Part shown: positions 47,381 through 57,550 of the stretch, piece after piece | How positions within the stretch are numbered: position 1 is the stretch's first letter | Layout of the letters: the number at the start of each line of letters is the position of its first letter | Source of the DNA: Lachnospiraceae bacterium | GTDB lineage: Bacteria; Bacillota; Clostridia; Lachnospirales; Lachnospiraceae | NCBI GenBank assembly: GCA_051879215.1 | Contig: JBJELP010000267.1 | Span: 5,028 to 69,027 of the forward strand | Direction: 5' to 3' | Length of the DNA stretch: 64,000 nt | Notes under the pieces: generated by a model | Database searches by the model: none | Told to the model about the DNA's origin: nothing | Seen by the model: only the letters and a program-made list of their open reading frames with translations | Position numbers and translations under genes: made by a program

Positions 47381-49195
47381 TCAATCATAATATCCGCATA
47401 CATCACATCGTAAGCATCTTCCGGATTCCTGCATGGCTTCTTCATATGTCATGGGACATTCCACATGTTCAAAATCATGCTTACGCTGGTATGCAGGTCT
47501 TTCCCCGATATTGACCCGTCCGGTGGGAATACGGTTGTTGGGTTTCGGCATGGGTGCTTTCACACCGCAGTCCAGAACACTGCTGCAGCCCAGATATTCA
47601 TCAATATTCCATGCTGCCACCTTTCCTGCCGCAATGGCACGGATTGCTGTGGCAGGGCCGGTTGCACAGTCGCCGCCGACAAATACACCGGGCATTCCTT
47701 CCACTGCAGTATCAAGTCCTGCCTGCAGAACATTTCTATTGGCGGGAATACCGAAGTTTTCAAAGGGTTTGCTGACGATATCCTGACCAACTGCGATCAG
47801 TACAATATCACAGGCAATGCGCTCCGGATCCTTTGATGCATTCATGGGAGCCGGACGGCCTCCCCGGTCATAGGGACCGATCATCTGGGGCTGAACCCAC
47901 AGAGCGGCACACTTGCCTTCCGCATCCTTTTCTATGCTTACGGGAGCCTGCAGAAGCATCAGCTCAATACCCTCCATGATGGCGGATTCAATTTCCGTTT
48001 CCAGAGCTGTCATGTCTTCATGACGTCTTCTGTATACAATCCGCACATCCGCTGCTCCGCAGCGCAGGGCACTTCTCGCCGCATCCATGGCAACATTGCC
48101 TCCGCCGATGACACATACGGTTTTTCCGGTGTAGTCCGGACGATTTCCATGGCCGATCTGGTCCAGCATTTCAACTGCGGAGAATACATTTTCCGCATCT
48201 GCACCTTCCATACGAAGCTTCTTGCCCACCTGTGCACCAATTGCCACATACATGGCATCATGACTGTTTCGTACTTCTTCGATGGAAATATCCACACCTA
48301 CATTGACATTGTATTTTACTTCAATATTGCCGGTGGAAAGGATGGCATTCATATCCTCATCCAGCCGGTCCTTGGGGAAACGATAGTTGGGAATGCCGTA
48401 CATCAGCATGCCGCCCAGATGTTCCTTTGCTTCGTATACTGTAACCTTATGGCCCATCAGAGACAGGAAATAAGCTGCTGTCATACCACTGGGACCGCCG
48501 CCGATAACAGCAACCTTCTTGCCGGTTGACGGGTTGGGAACAGGAACTGCCACCTTATCTGCTGCAATCTGATCCACCGCATATTTTTTGATGCCGCGGA
48601 TATTCACAGAACTGTCAATCAGGTTACGGCGGCATCTTTCCTCACAGGGATGTTCACAGATCATGGCACATGCCGTAGGCAGCGGGTTATCACGGCGGAT
48701 CAGGTTGATTGCATCCGCATAATTACCATCATGCACATGGGCAATATATCCGGGAATATCCACATGGGCCGGGCAAAGGGTCACGCAGGGAATATGTACC
48801 TGATTCTTTTCAGCCGGTTTTCCTGCAATGTATGCAAGATACTGATCGCCGAAAAGACTTAAACTCTCCAGCACCTCTTCACCGGTCTGATATCCGATGG
48901 CACAATCTGCACAGTTGGCAAGCAGATCTGCTGTGGCACGGAACTGAACAAGTGTTTCCGCTGATGCCTTTCCATCAATAATATTCCGCAGCATCATTTC
49001 CAGTTTCGGCATACCCTCGCGACAGGGTGTGCATTTGCCGCAGGACTGACAACGGGATGCGGTAATCAACGCCAGCACCACCTTTAACGGGTCGGTACCC
49101 GGGGGGAAGATACTTGATTTCCCTGCAAGCTTCCGCATCAGACCCTGACTTTTCACGTCATTGCTTTTGCTTTCAGCAAGATACAATTTACTCAT
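47381..49195 (-). CDS. GltD-family (glutamate-synthase small-subunit-like) NAD(P)H oxidoreductase fused to a NuoF-type Fe-S domain
   Basis: N-terminal CQSCGKCTPCREG; a GltD-type Fe-S region (CPAHVDIPGY...CEHPCEERC); GGGPSGMTAAY and a second GGGNVAMD dinucleotide fold. ATG at 49195 follows GAAGGAGAG. Confidence 0.8.
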   Translation of the reverse strand: MSKLYLAESKSNDVKSQGLMRKLAGKSSIFPPGTDPLKVVLALITASRCQSCGKCTPCREGMPKLEMMLRNIIDGKASAETLVQFRATADLLANCADCAIGYQTGEEVLESLSLFGDQYLAYIAGKPAEKNQVHIPCVTLCPAHVDIPGYIAHVHDGNYADAINLIRRDNPLPTACAMICEHPCEERCRRNLIDSSVNIRGIKKYAVDQIAADKVAVPVPNPSTGKKVAVIGGGPSGMTAAYFLSLMGHKVTVYEAKEHLGGMLMYGIPNYRFPKDRLDEDMNAILSTGNIEVKYNVNVGVDISIEEVRNSHDAMYVAIGAQVGKKLRMEGADAENVFSAVEMLDQIGHGNRPDYTGKTVCVIGGGNVAMDAARSALRCGAADVRIVYRRRHEDMTALETEIESAIMEGIELMLLQAPVSIEKDAEGKCAALWVQPQMIGPYDRGGRPAPMNASKDPERIACDIVLIAVGQDIVSKPFENFGIPANRNVLQAGLDTAVEGMPGVFVGGDCATGPATAIRAIAAGKVAAWNIDEYLGCSSVLDCGVKAPMPKPNNRIPTGRVNIGERPAYQRKHDFEHVECPMTYEEAMQESGRCLRCDVCGYYD

Positions 49196-49385
49196 TTTAA
49201 AGCTCTCCTTCACATATATCCTGGGGATACCCTCATTCATAACCATGAAACGCAAAGCATGATTCATTCATGAGGGGAATTAATTGATATACATACAGAC
49301 ATACATCTGCAGCATGATCCTGTCAGACAGAAACATCATCCATTGTACTGGATTCCATACAAGAAAGCAACTATAGATAAATATT

Positions 49386-50849
49386 TCACGATTGCGGCCG
49401 CCTTATTTCAAACATCTGTTTCCACAGCGGAGGATAACATACCAGCAGCATGGGGAACAGTTCCAGACGTCCAGCCAGCATATCAAACATGATCACATAT
49501 TTGGATAATACCGAAAAATGACTGAAATTGCAGGTGGGACCCACCAGATTCAGACCGGGACCAATGTTGTTCAATGTGGCAATGACAGCCGTAAAGTTTG
49601 TCACCAGATCCTTTCCGTCAAAGGAAATAATCAGCAGGGACACTGCAAAAACAAGCATAAAAGTGGAAAAATATACATTGGTGGCACGTACCACTTCATG
49701 TTCAATGGGTTTTCCATCCATCTGCACCTTCCTGACACTTTTGGGATGCAGATAAGAGTGCATTTCCTTTTTAAATGCTTTAAACAGAATAACCAGTCTT
49801 GCCACCTTAATACCGCCGCCGGTACTGCCTGCACAGGCCCCCATAAACATCAGCATAACCAGAATGGTTTTGGATACCACCGGCCACAGGTCAAAATCAA
49901 CGGAAGAAAAACCGGTGGATGAAACCAGCGATGCCACCTGAAAAGACGCATCCCGCAGGTTATGGAAAAATCCCAGTTCCGGATTATAAATATTGAACGT
50001 AATCAGACCGATGGCCGCTGCAACCACCACCAGAAAAAGTCGTACTTCTTCCATTTCCAGTGCCTTTTTCCATTTTTTATACAATATAAAATAATACGCA
50101 TTAAAATTAATCGCAAAAAGCAGCATAAAAATAGTGACAATCCACTGGATATAAGGCGAATAGCTCATGATGCTGTCATTCTTAATACCGAATCCACCGG
50201 TACCTGCTGTACCGAAGGCCGTTGTCAATGCATCAAACACCGGCATCCTGCCCATCAACAGCAGAATAATCTGAAGCACTGTCATGCCCACATAGATCAG
50301 ATACAGAATTCGTGCCGTATGCTTTACTTTGGGCACCAGTTTTCCAACGGAAGGTCCCGGACTTTCTGCACGCATCAGATTCATATGGGATCCTCCTGTC
50401 ATGGGAAGAATCGCCAGCAGGAAGACCAGTACACCCATACCGCCGATCCAGTGGGTAAAACTTCTCCAGAAAAGCATGCAGCGGGACAGACTTTCCACCT
50501 CCGGCAGAATACTGGCACCGGTGGTGGTAAAACCGGAAATTGTTTCAAATAAAGCATCGGTAAAGGATGGTATCTCTCCGCTGAACACAAAGGGAAGACA
50601 ACCGAAAATACTCATCAGAACCCAGCTGAAAGCCGTTGCCACACACCCTTCTTTCAAATAGAATACAGTTCTCTTCGGCTTTTTCCATGTCATGGCAAAA
50701 CCGGCTGCCGCCGTCAGTAAAATAGCTACCGCAAACCAGATTCCCACCTGCTCCCTGTAAATCAGAGCGACAGCCAGCGGCAGGAGCATAAGTACTGCTT
50801 CGATCTTCAATACCCAGCCCAATATAAATATAATCATTCCACGATTCAT
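49386..50849 (-). CDS. trkH: TrkH/KtrB-family potassium uptake membrane subunit
   Basis: Polytopic protein with repeated selectivity-filter-like motifs (TTTGAS, TAGTGGFG, SSTGFS, AGSTGGGIK). Confidence 0.9.
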   Translation of the reverse strand: MNRGMIIFILGWVLKIEAVLMLLPLAVALIYREQVGIWFAVAILLTAAAGFAMTWKKPKRTVFYLKEGCVATAFSWVLMSIFGCLPFVFSGEIPSFTDALFETISGFTTTGASILPEVESLSRCMLFWRSFTHWIGGMGVLVFLLAILPMTGGSHMNLMRAESPGPSVGKLVPKVKHTARILYLIYVGMTVLQIILLLMGRMPVFDALTTAFGTAGTGGFGIKNDSIMSYSPYIQWIVTIFMLLFAINFNAYYFILYKKWKKALEMEEVRLFLVVVAAAIGLITFNIYNPELGFFHNLRDASFQVASLVSSTGFSSVDFDLWPVVSKTILVMLMFMGACAGSTGGGIKVARLVILFKAFKKEMHSYLHPKSVRKVQMDGKPIEHEVVRATNVYFSTFMLVFAVSLLIISFDGKDLVTNFTAVIATLNNIGPGLNLVGPTCNFSHFSVLSKYVIMFDMLAGRLELFPMLLVCYPPLWKQMFEIRRPQS

Positions 50850-50863
50850 GATTATCTCCTGTT

Positions 50864-52264
50864 TTATTTCAGAATCTCACGGATATCATCAAATCCGGTA
50901 TGAGTGGTTACAATAATTACGGAATCATTGGGCTTAATACAGTCATTGCCGCCGGGAATAATAATATGTCCGTCACGGTTAATACATCCGATCAGTACAT
51001 TATCCTTCAATTTCAGATCCTTTAAAGGCTTATTGGTCAGGTCAGACTCGCCTTTTATATGAAATTCAATGGCTTCCGTACGATAATCAAACAGATGGTA
51101 CAATGTCTCCACGTTGCTGCTGTCTTTGGACGCCGTCAATGCTCTGACATACGCAATAATGGCCTCTGCGACAATATATTTGGGATAAATCACACTGCCC
51201 AGCTCCAGACGGTTGATCACCCCATGGAAATTAATGCGGTTGATCTTGGTGATGACCTTGGCCTTTGAAACCTCCTTTGCGTGGAGGGTCAGAAGAATGT
51301 TTTCCTCATCAATGCCGGTCAGCGGAATAAAAGCATCCACCTGCTCCATTCCCGCTTCCTTCAGAACCGCTGTCTCTGTTCCGTCGGCATTCAGAACAAT
51401 GGCATTGGGAAGCAGGATACTCAGTTCCTCACTTCTTGCCTTATCCTTTTCAATAATCTTCACATGAACTCCCACTTCCATCAGCTGTTTGGCCAGATAA
51501 TATGCAGAACGACCGCCGCCGATCAGAATCGCATGGCGGATCCGGTTGGTCTGAATGCCGATGTCTTCCAGAAATACTGTTGCTTCCTTTGTGGATGCCA
51601 GAAATGTGATAATATCTCCTTCCTGAAGAACGAAATTACCTGTGGGAATACAGACATCATTTCCACGTTCCACAGCACAGATCAGAATATTGCGGATATC
51701 ACGGCCAAGCCCGGCCAGACTTTTATTGCAGAGTACATTGCCTTCGGGAATTTTAACCCGGACCATTTCCGCCAGACCATGGGCAAAGGTATTCACACCC
51801 AGTGCGGCGGGAAGGGATAACACACGGGCAATTTCATTGGCAGCTTCCTTATCCGGATTGATGATCATGGCAAGCCCCAGACGTTCCTGCAGATAGCCGA
51901 TTTCCTGACTGTATTCCGGATTGCGGACACGGGCAATAGCGGTACAATTCCCTTCTCTTCTGGCCACGGTACAGGTCAGCAGATTCAATTCATCAGAATC
52001 GGTAACTGCAATAATCAGATCCGCATCCTCGATTCCTGCCTCCGACAGCGTACTGAAGCTGGCTCCGTTGCCAACCACCCCCATTACATCGTATATGTCG
52101 GTCAATGAATGTAATCGTTCTGCAGAACGATCCACCAGAACAATATCATGTCCTTCCTTACTCAGCTGTTCCACAAGGGTTCCGCCCACCTTACCGCAGC
52201 CAACAATAACAATTTTCAGACCAGATTTTACTCTGGCAGTTTTCTTTATCAATTTTTCAAACAT
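50864..52264 (-). CDS. trkA: Trk system potassium uptake protein TrkA (two RCK/NAD-binding modules)
   Basis: Two Rossmann motifs (IVIVGCGKVGG and ILIGGGRSAYY), each followed by a TrkA_C domain. Confidence 0.9.
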   Translation of the reverse strand: MFEKLIKKTARVKSGLKIVIVGCGKVGGTLVEQLSKEGHDIVLVDRSAERLHSLTDIYDVMGVVGNGASFSTLSEAGIEDADLIIAVTDSDELNLLTCTVARREGNCTAIARVRNPEYSQEIGYLQERLGLAMIINPDKEAANEIARVLSLPAALGVNTFAHGLAEMVRVKIPEGNVLCNKSLAGLGRDIRNILICAVERGNDVCIPTGNFVLQEGDIITFLASTKEATVFLEDIGIQTNRIRHAILIGGGRSAYYLAKQLMEVGVHVKIIEKDKARSEELSILLPNAIVLNADGTETAVLKEAGMEQVDAFIPLTGIDEENILLTLHAKEVSKAKVITKINRINFHGVINRLELGSVIYPKYIVAEAIIAYVRALTASKDSSNVETLYHLFDYRTEAIEFHIKGESDLTNKPLKDLKLKDNVLIGCINRDGHIIIPGGNDCIKPNDSVIIVTTHTGFDDIREILK

Positions 52265-52295
52265 AAGAGTCCCTTTTCTTTTATTGCCATATCAA

Positions 52296-53069
52296 TCAGA
52301 TTGACTGATACAGAAGTTTCCTGCACAGTTCCACGCCTTCCGGTCCCTTGCTGTTCAACAGTTCCACCGTACCTTTCACATGAGAAGTATTCAGCAGATT
52401 ATGAGATTCCAGCTGACGCATAACCTGACGCCCTACACCATCTGCACTGTCATATAAGATAGTATCGGGTCCAACCACTTCCCGTATCGCCCTTTTCACA
52501 AAAGGAAAATGCGTACATCCCAGTACGATCCCGTCAATTTTCTTATCCATATAGGGATCAAACTCTGTGTGAAGATATGCCAGCAGTTTCGGAGAATAGA
52601 TTTCCTGCCGTTCCACAAAAGGAACAATTCCCGGACAGGGCAGAGAAATAATTTCAGCCTGATCCACATATCGATCCCGCAGATCCAGATATTTCTGCGA
52701 TTTCAATGTAAAGGATGTGGCCATCACAATAATCCGTGAATTTTTCTTATGCAGTACCGCAGGTTTCAGTGCCGGTTCCAGACCGATCATCGGAATATCC
52801 GGGTACATCTGCCGCAGATCCTTAATCGCTGCTGCTGTGGCTGTATTGCATGCCACCACCACCGCTTTACAATCTTTTTTGAGAAGCACAGAGGCGCTGT
52901 TCATGGTCAGCTCATGAATCTCCTCTTCACTTCGGTCTCCATACGGCGCATTGGCAGAATCCCCATAAAAAACAAAATTTTCATATGGCAGATATCTGAC
53001 CAGTGCACGCAGGATACTGATTCCTCCCACGCCGGAGTCCAGAACTCCAACCGGTTTATCTGTAATCAT
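52296..53069 (-). CDS. murI: Glutamate racemase
   Basis: GVLDSGVGG, catalytic VVACNTAT and VLGCTHFP. ATG at 53069 sits 7 nt after GAAGGTGA; the track's TTG at 53114 is less likely. Confidence 0.9.
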   Translation of the reverse strand: MITDKPVGVLDSGVGGISILRALVRYLPYENFVFYGDSANAPYGDRSEEEIHELTMNSASVLLKKDCKAVVVACNTATAAAIKDLRQMYPDIPMIGLEPALKPAVLHKKNSRIIVMATSFTLKSQKYLDLRDRYVDQAEIISLPCPGIVPFVERQEIYSPKLLAYLHTEFDPYMDKKIDGIVLGCTHFPFVKRAIREVVGPDTILYDSADGVGRQVMRQLESHNLLNTSHVKGTVELLNSKGPEGVELCRKLLYQSI

Positions 53070-53248
53070 GTAGTCGTCACCTTCATTACCAGAATCGGTA
53101 TATTGATTTTTCAATATACCCTAATACTTCATCATAAAGCAAATGGCGATTTTTGTAAAGTCTGCACTTCTTTTCCTTCTTTGACCCTCAAAGCAAAATG
53201 TGTTACTATGTATTCAGCGGGACAGATTGGTTATTCCCACCATCAGAA

Positions 53249-53318
53249 GAGGCGGGTATCTCTCCCGCTGAAATCATAGGAAAGAGGCGGGTATCTCTCC
53301 CGCTGAAATCATAGGAAA
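53249..53318 (+). repeat. Perfect tandem duplication (2 x 35 bp) immediately upstream of the mazG RBS
   Basis: gaggcgggtatctctcccgctgaaatcataggaaa occurs twice back-to-back. Each unit carries the hairpin GCGGG-tatctct-CCCGC. Confidence 0.95.
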
Positions 53319-53331
53319 GAAGGAGTTTGCC

Positions 53332-53772
53332 ATGACCAGTAAAAAAGATATCCCATTAAATAAAGAAACGAAGTACACCTTCCAGGATTTCGCAGATATT
53401 ATCCGGATTCTCCGATCCCCGGAAGGCTGTCCCTGGGACAGAGAACAGACTTTTGAAACCATGAAACAATATCTCATGAGTGAATCAGAAGAAGTGTGTC
53501 TGGCTGTGGACAGAAACGATTCTGAAAATCTCTGTGAGGAACTGGGAGATGTCCTGATGGAAATTCTTCTTTTCAGCCAGATTGCCGCAGATCAGAACCT
53601 CTTTACCATCGAAGATGTCATTAATGGTATCAGCAGGAAAATGATCCGCAGACACCCCCACGTTTTCGGTGATACCGTCATCCGGACCTCCGCAGAGACA
53701 GAAGCCCTCTGGAAAGAAATAAAAGAAAAGGAAAAAGCTGAAAAAAAGCCCGTGGATTCAACAAATCCTTGA
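53332..53772 (+). CDS. MazG-family nucleoside-triphosphate pyrophosphohydrolase (single domain)
   Basis: CPWDREQTFETMKQYLMSESEEV...EELGDVLMEILL...RHPHVF. RBS GAAGGAG. Confidence 0.8.
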   Translation: MTSKKDIPLNKETKYTFQDFADIIRILRSPEGCPWDREQTFETMKQYLMSESEEVCLAVDRNDSENLCEELGDVLMEILLFSQIAADQNLFTIEDVINGISRKMIRRHPHVFGDTVIRTSAETEALWKEIKEKEKAEKKPVDSTNP

Positions 53773-53879
53773 CAAACATTTCTTTCCAGTATATAAAATA
53801 ATAGCAAGTAATGAACAGGCCGAAAAACCTGTAACTTCATGACCCGCAAAACCATATTATATAAGGGAGTTAGAATAAC

Positions 53880-54155
53880 ATGAAAAAAGCAGAACTGATC
53901 ACAGCTATGGCAGCAAAAACAGGCATGAAAAAATCTGATACACAGAAAGTTTTAGAAGCATTTATCGATGTAGTCAGCGATGAACTGGTTGCCGGCGAAA
54001 AGGTTCAGATCACCGGATTCGGTACATTTGAAGTTTCCGAAAGAGCAGAAAGAACAGGCAGAAACCCCCAGAGTGGTGAAACCATGACAATTGCTGCTTC
54101 CAAGTCTCCCAAGTTTAAGGCAGGCAAGGTATTAAAGGATAAAGTAAACGCATAA
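53880..54155 (+). CDS. hup: HU-family DNA-binding protein
   Basis: MKKAELI...FGTFEVSERAERTGRNPQSGETMTIAASKSPKFKAGK, 91 aa. Confidence 0.95.
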   Translation: MKKAELITAMAAKTGMKKSDTQKVLEAFIDVVSDELVAGEKVQITGFGTFEVSERAERTGRNPQSGETMTIAASKSPKFKAGKVLKDKVNA

Positions 54156-54173
54156 TCGGATGCAGATAAGGGC

Positions 54174-54419
54174 ATGCCTATGAGACTTGACAAATATCTG
54201 AAGGTTTCACGTCTGATAAAAAGACGAACTGTAGCAAATGAAGCCTGTGATGCGGGACGTGTTATGGTCAATGGCAAACCCGTAAAGGCTTCCTACAACG
54301 TAAAGGCCGGTGATGAACTGGAAATTCTTTTCGGAACCCGTTCTGTGAAAGTACGGGTACTGAATGTTCAGGAAACTGTCCGAAAAGAAGATGCAGCCGC
54401 ACTTTACGAATACATCTGA
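54174..54419 (+). CDS. S4-domain RNA-binding protein (YabO-like)
   Basis: MRLDKYLKVSRLIKRRTVANEACDAGRVMVNGK. Position in the mazG-yabO-yabP-yabQ-divIC synteny. Confidence 0.8.
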   Translation: MPMRLDKYLKVSRLIKRRTVANEACDAGRVMVNGKPVKASYNVKAGDELEILFGTRSVKVRVLNVQETVRKEDAAALYEYI

Positions 54420-54529
54420 TCAGCATATCTCCTGTACACCGCGCATACAATAGGATCAGGATGATACAGCGGAAGTTCCCTCTGATTTTCCGCAGCATCA
54501 CAGATCAAGCAGTGTACAGGAGTATTTTT

Positions 54530-54820
54530 ATGCCCGAACCCATCGAAAGTCCCCATAAAGGACACTGTGTCACCATCAATAACCGTTCCCGGACCCGGAT
54601 CACAGGAGTTCTGGATGTCATTTCCTTTGATACGGAAGAAATTGTTCTGGAAACAGAAGAAGGCCGCATGCAGATAATGGGATCCGCTCTCCAGGTCAAA
54701 CAACTGGCAATTGAAAGCGGAACCGTGGAAATTGAAGGACGGCCCGATACCATCCAATATACCGAAATCAGAAAATCCGGCACCAATAACGGTTCCGTTC
54801 TGTCCAGGTTTTTCCGTTAA
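54530..54820 (+). CDS. yabP: Sporulation protein YabP
   Basis: HCVTINNRSRTRITGVLDVISFDTEEIVLETEEGRMQIMG. ATG at 54530 sits 7 nt after CAGGAG, so the ORF is trimmed. Confidence 0.8.
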   Translation: MPEPIESPHKGHCVTINNRSRTRITGVLDVISFDTEEIVLETEEGRMQIMGSALQVKQLAIESGTVEIEGRPDTIQYTEIRKSGTNNGSVLSRFFR

Positions 54821-55101
54821 TGGCTGATTTTATCCGTTCACAGGCTGCTTCTTTTCTGGCATTTTTCATATGCGGTATCGGAGCTGCCGTTTTTTTTGAT
54901 TTCCTGCGTATTCTCCGGAAACTGCGGAAACATCATATTTGGGCCGTTACACTGGAAGATATCCTGTTCTGGTCCATGATCGGAATCACCCTTTTTCGTC
55001 TTCTGTACCTTTTTCAGTCAGGAAATCTGCGTTTTTTTCTTATCCCTGCATTTGGCCTGGGTTTTTTTCTGTGGAATCGTACTCTCAGCCGTTTTTTCTG
55101 A
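54820..55101 (+). CDS. yabQ: Spore cortex biosynthesis protein YabQ
   Basis: 93 aa with three TM segments. Start overlaps the yabP stop (TAATG). Synteny supports the call. Confidence 0.75.
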   Translation: MADFIRSQAASFLAFFICGIGAAVFFDFLRILRKLRKHHIWAVTLEDILFWSMIGITLFRLLYLFQSGNLRFFLIPAFGLGFFLWNRTLSRFF

Positions 55102-55220
55102 AATTTTCATCACTTTACTCTTGAAAAATAAGAAGCGATAGACTACACTTAAAAGGATTCTATCCTTATCTGAATCTGTTCCATACAGTATATTTGATTG
55201 ATTCTATACAGGAGACAACT

Positions 55221-55562
55221 ATGAGTACTGAAAAAAATTCCGCCAGAAGAAAGTATGTACGCCGGTCTTCTGCCAGAGAGCAGAAGCGACATCTTCGCAT
55301 GACCTTCCTCGGTATTGGTCTGCTGCTTATTTTCGCTGCAGTACTTCTTGTTTACAAGACCGGTCAGCTGCAGATACAGAAGCAGCAATATGTCACACAG
55401 ACCGAACAGCTGAAAGCTGAAATTGAAAAAGAAGAAAGTCGGAAAGAAGAACTTCTTCGCAAAAAAACAGAGGTCTCATCGGACGCCTACATCGAAAGTG
55501 AAGCCCGCAAGCGGCTTAACTATGTCCATAAAGACGAGATTCTGATTAAACGAAAGCAATAA
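55221..55562 (+). CDS. divIC: Septum formation initiator (DivIC/FtsB family)
   Basis: Basic N-terminus, one TM segment, a coiled coil, and the conserved tail IESEARKRLNYVHKDEILI. ATG at 55221 follows AGGAG. Confidence 0.7.
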   Translation: MSTEKNSARRKYVRRSSAREQKRHLRMTFLGIGLLLIFAAVLLVYKTGQLQIQKQQYVTQTEQLKAEIEKEESRKEELLRKKTEVSSDAYIESEARKRLNYVHKDEILIKRKQ

Positions 55563-55574
55563 GGAGGAACCGGA

Positions 55575-55883
55575 ATGAGCAAAACACCTGATATTTTTGC
55601 AGATGTGGATCTGGACAGCATTATTACTCTGAATGATGAAAACGGAAAGGAATGCCGGTTTGAGTTTCTGGACCTGATCGATTACAAGGGACGCGAATTC
55701 ATTGTCCTGCTTTCCGAAGAAGAAGCTGCAAAAGAAGAAAGCGATGTGGATATTCTGGAAGTCGTACCGGATGAGAAGGATCCCGAGCTGGAAAGCTATC
55801 TTCCCATCGAGGATGACGATATCATCGAAGCAGTATTTCAGATTTTCGCTGAAAATAATAAAGATTCTCTGGATTTTTGCTGA
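55575..55883 (+). CDS. DUF1292-family acidic protein
   Basis: ITLNDENGKECRFEFLDLIDYKGREFIVLL...DDDIIEAVFQIF is the typical DUF1292 pattern. Confidence 0.75.
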   Translation: MSKTPDIFADVDLDSIITLNDENGKECRFEFLDLIDYKGREFIVLLSEEEAAKEESDVDILEVVPDEKDPELESYLPIEDDDIIEAVFQIFAENNKDSLDFC

Positions 55884-55949
55884 GCATAATAACGATTCTC
55901 CGGATTTCTGCTGCCGGCAGATGATCCATACCATGAACAGCAGATTTCA

Positions 55950-56003
55950 GGTCCGGACAACGGAATTCGATTCATTGAAAACCGTTATCCGGACCCTTTT
56001 TTT
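55950..56003 (+). terminator. Rho-independent terminator after the DUF1292 gene
   Basis: 14-bp stem GGTCCGGACAACGG / CCGTTATCCGGACC with one G-U pair, followed by a T7 run. Confidence 0.7.
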
Positions 56004-56010
56004 ATCCCTT

Positions 56011-57198
56011 TTATTCCGTCAGCACTGTTTTCAGGAAATGATAGATCTCCTCTTTTTCCGGAGGACATCCTTTTAAATATCGTTCAAAATGGGACGTACA
56101 GCTTCCGATTCCCAGTTTTCCGCACCTGCCCTTATACCCCTGTCCGATGCATATCTTCTCCGTAAACTGATCGGTCAAAATCCCTTCCTCCTGCAGCTCA
56201 TACAGTACAGGAAGCAGGTTTCCGTAGCATGCACTGCAGGCCTCCACGTCTTCCGCCAGTTCCTGCAGACGAAGGGCTTTCCCTGCAGTGGAAAGATCGA
56301 TGGGATGAAGCGGTTCATTGCATACATGAATCATGGCTGAGGACAGATCCGAAGAGCCGCATCCACATGCTTCCGCAATTCCGATATAGGAAACCTCTTC
56401 CACCGGAATATGAAGAAGACTGCAGCAATAACTGTCACAAAGAACCGGATCCGCTGCTGCAATCAGCCGATCCTGCTGCACCGGATTTCCACCGTCTTCA
56501 AAACTCAGATCACCGCAGATACTGTCAACCAGAATAAAATCCTGATGAATCCCGGCGGACAGCCTTCCAATGGGATCATGGAGACCCATGCGGTGAAAAG
56601 CCCGTTTCTGGAAATCCGGAAGCAGTCCCTTCATATTTTTCAGAGCACAGGTCATTCTGGTCTGACAATGTCCCTTCAGCACAGGCACATTAATCAGAAA
56701 ATCCACATCCAGTGCTGCTTCACTCACCGCCAGTTCCAGACCTGTACAGTTCACAGTTCTGTATTTTTCCTTCTTGATATCAATCAGCGGAAGCTGTAAC
56801 CGTTCAGCCAGTTCGTAATATCCGCAGACCTGAAAAGCATCCTCTGTCCGGTCTCCCACCCAGGAGCTTTCCATGATACACAGATTCCGATATCCCTTTT
56901 CCAGCAGATAGGAAATCAGCCCTTCCACCACTTCCGGATGGGTGGTTCCTCCATCTTCTGCCGGAATCGGTGCAACCAGATTGGGTTTGATGCCGATACG
57001 AATGCCTGCCTTTTCCGTAAGAAATCCATGGGACTCTCCTACGGCATCTGTGGTTTCAAAATCATTGGTCTTTTTATGCAAAAATGCAGGCATACATTTC
57101 CGCATAATCATACCATCCAGATCGGTTTCCTCCAGAAGCCGGATCACCGTATCCGCATAATCCGTTCCATATATAATATAAAGTTCATTTTGCTCCAT
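56011..57198 (-). CDS. DUF362-domain protein with a C-terminal Cys-rich extension
   Basis: IGIKPNLVAP...GGTTHPEVV...NVPVLKGH are DUF362-type motifs. Function unknown. Confidence 0.65.
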   Translation of the reverse strand: MEQNELYIIYGTDYADTVIRLLEETDLDGMIMRKCMPAFLHKKTNDFETTDAVGESHGFLTEKAGIRIGIKPNLVAPIPAEDGGTTHPEVVEGLISYLLEKGYRNLCIMESSWVGDRTEDAFQVCGYYELAERLQLPLIDIKKEKYRTVNCTGLELAVSEAALDVDFLINVPVLKGHCQTRMTCALKNMKGLLPDFQKRAFHRMGLHDPIGRLSAGIHQDFILVDSICGDLSFEDGGNPVQQDRLIAAADPVLCDSYCCSLLHIPVEEVSYIGIAEACGCGSSDLSSAMIHVCNEPLHPIDLSTAGKALRLQELAEDVEACSACYGNLLPVLYELQEEGILTDQFTEKICIGQGYKGRCGKLGIGSCTSHFERYLKGCPPEKEEIYHFLKTVLTE

Positions 57199-57550
57199 AA
57201 TCATCCGATTTCCTTTCTCTAATCATCCCATTTCCTTCCAGCTGATTTCCTTTCCGTCATCTTTTTTCTTTCTTCCAGCAATCCGATTTCTTTTCAGGTA
57301 TCTGTTTTTCCTTCATCGGAAATAAGATTCAACGTTGACAGATTTTTATCTTAATACATTTTATCGGAAATAGCAATTGCATCGGCAGGAAATGCATCAT
57401 TCCCCTGCAGCAGAAAAAAACTTTTGCCCCGGTACCCTGTTTATGATAATGTATGATATGACACCAATCCATGAGATGTCTATGAGCCCCGGTGTCAGAT
57501 AGAGTCTGTCCGACAGACATAAAAAGAATAACAGAAATGAGGCGGAACAA

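Noticed and set aside
53249-53318. Could the 35-bp repeats be a minimal CRISPR array?
   Set aside because: There are only two units, they are directly adjacent with no spacer, and there are no cas genes in the window. This is a simple tandem duplication.
55855-55915. Imperfect ~29-bp direct repeat duplicating the 3' end of the DUF1292 gene just after its stop codon (gattctctggatttttgctg versus gattctccggatttctgctg).
   Set aside because: It is short and degenerate, and is most simply a local duplication scar with no obvious functional consequence.
57440-57550. Possible riboswitch or structured leader upstream of the HAD phosphatase gene: 7-bp stem TGACACC...GGTGTCA with a 25-nt loop, plus the small hairpin GTCTG-tccga-CAGAC.
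   Set aside because: It matches no riboswitch consensus I know, has no terminator/antiterminator logic (no T-run), and its stems are short. It is worth an Rfam scan only.
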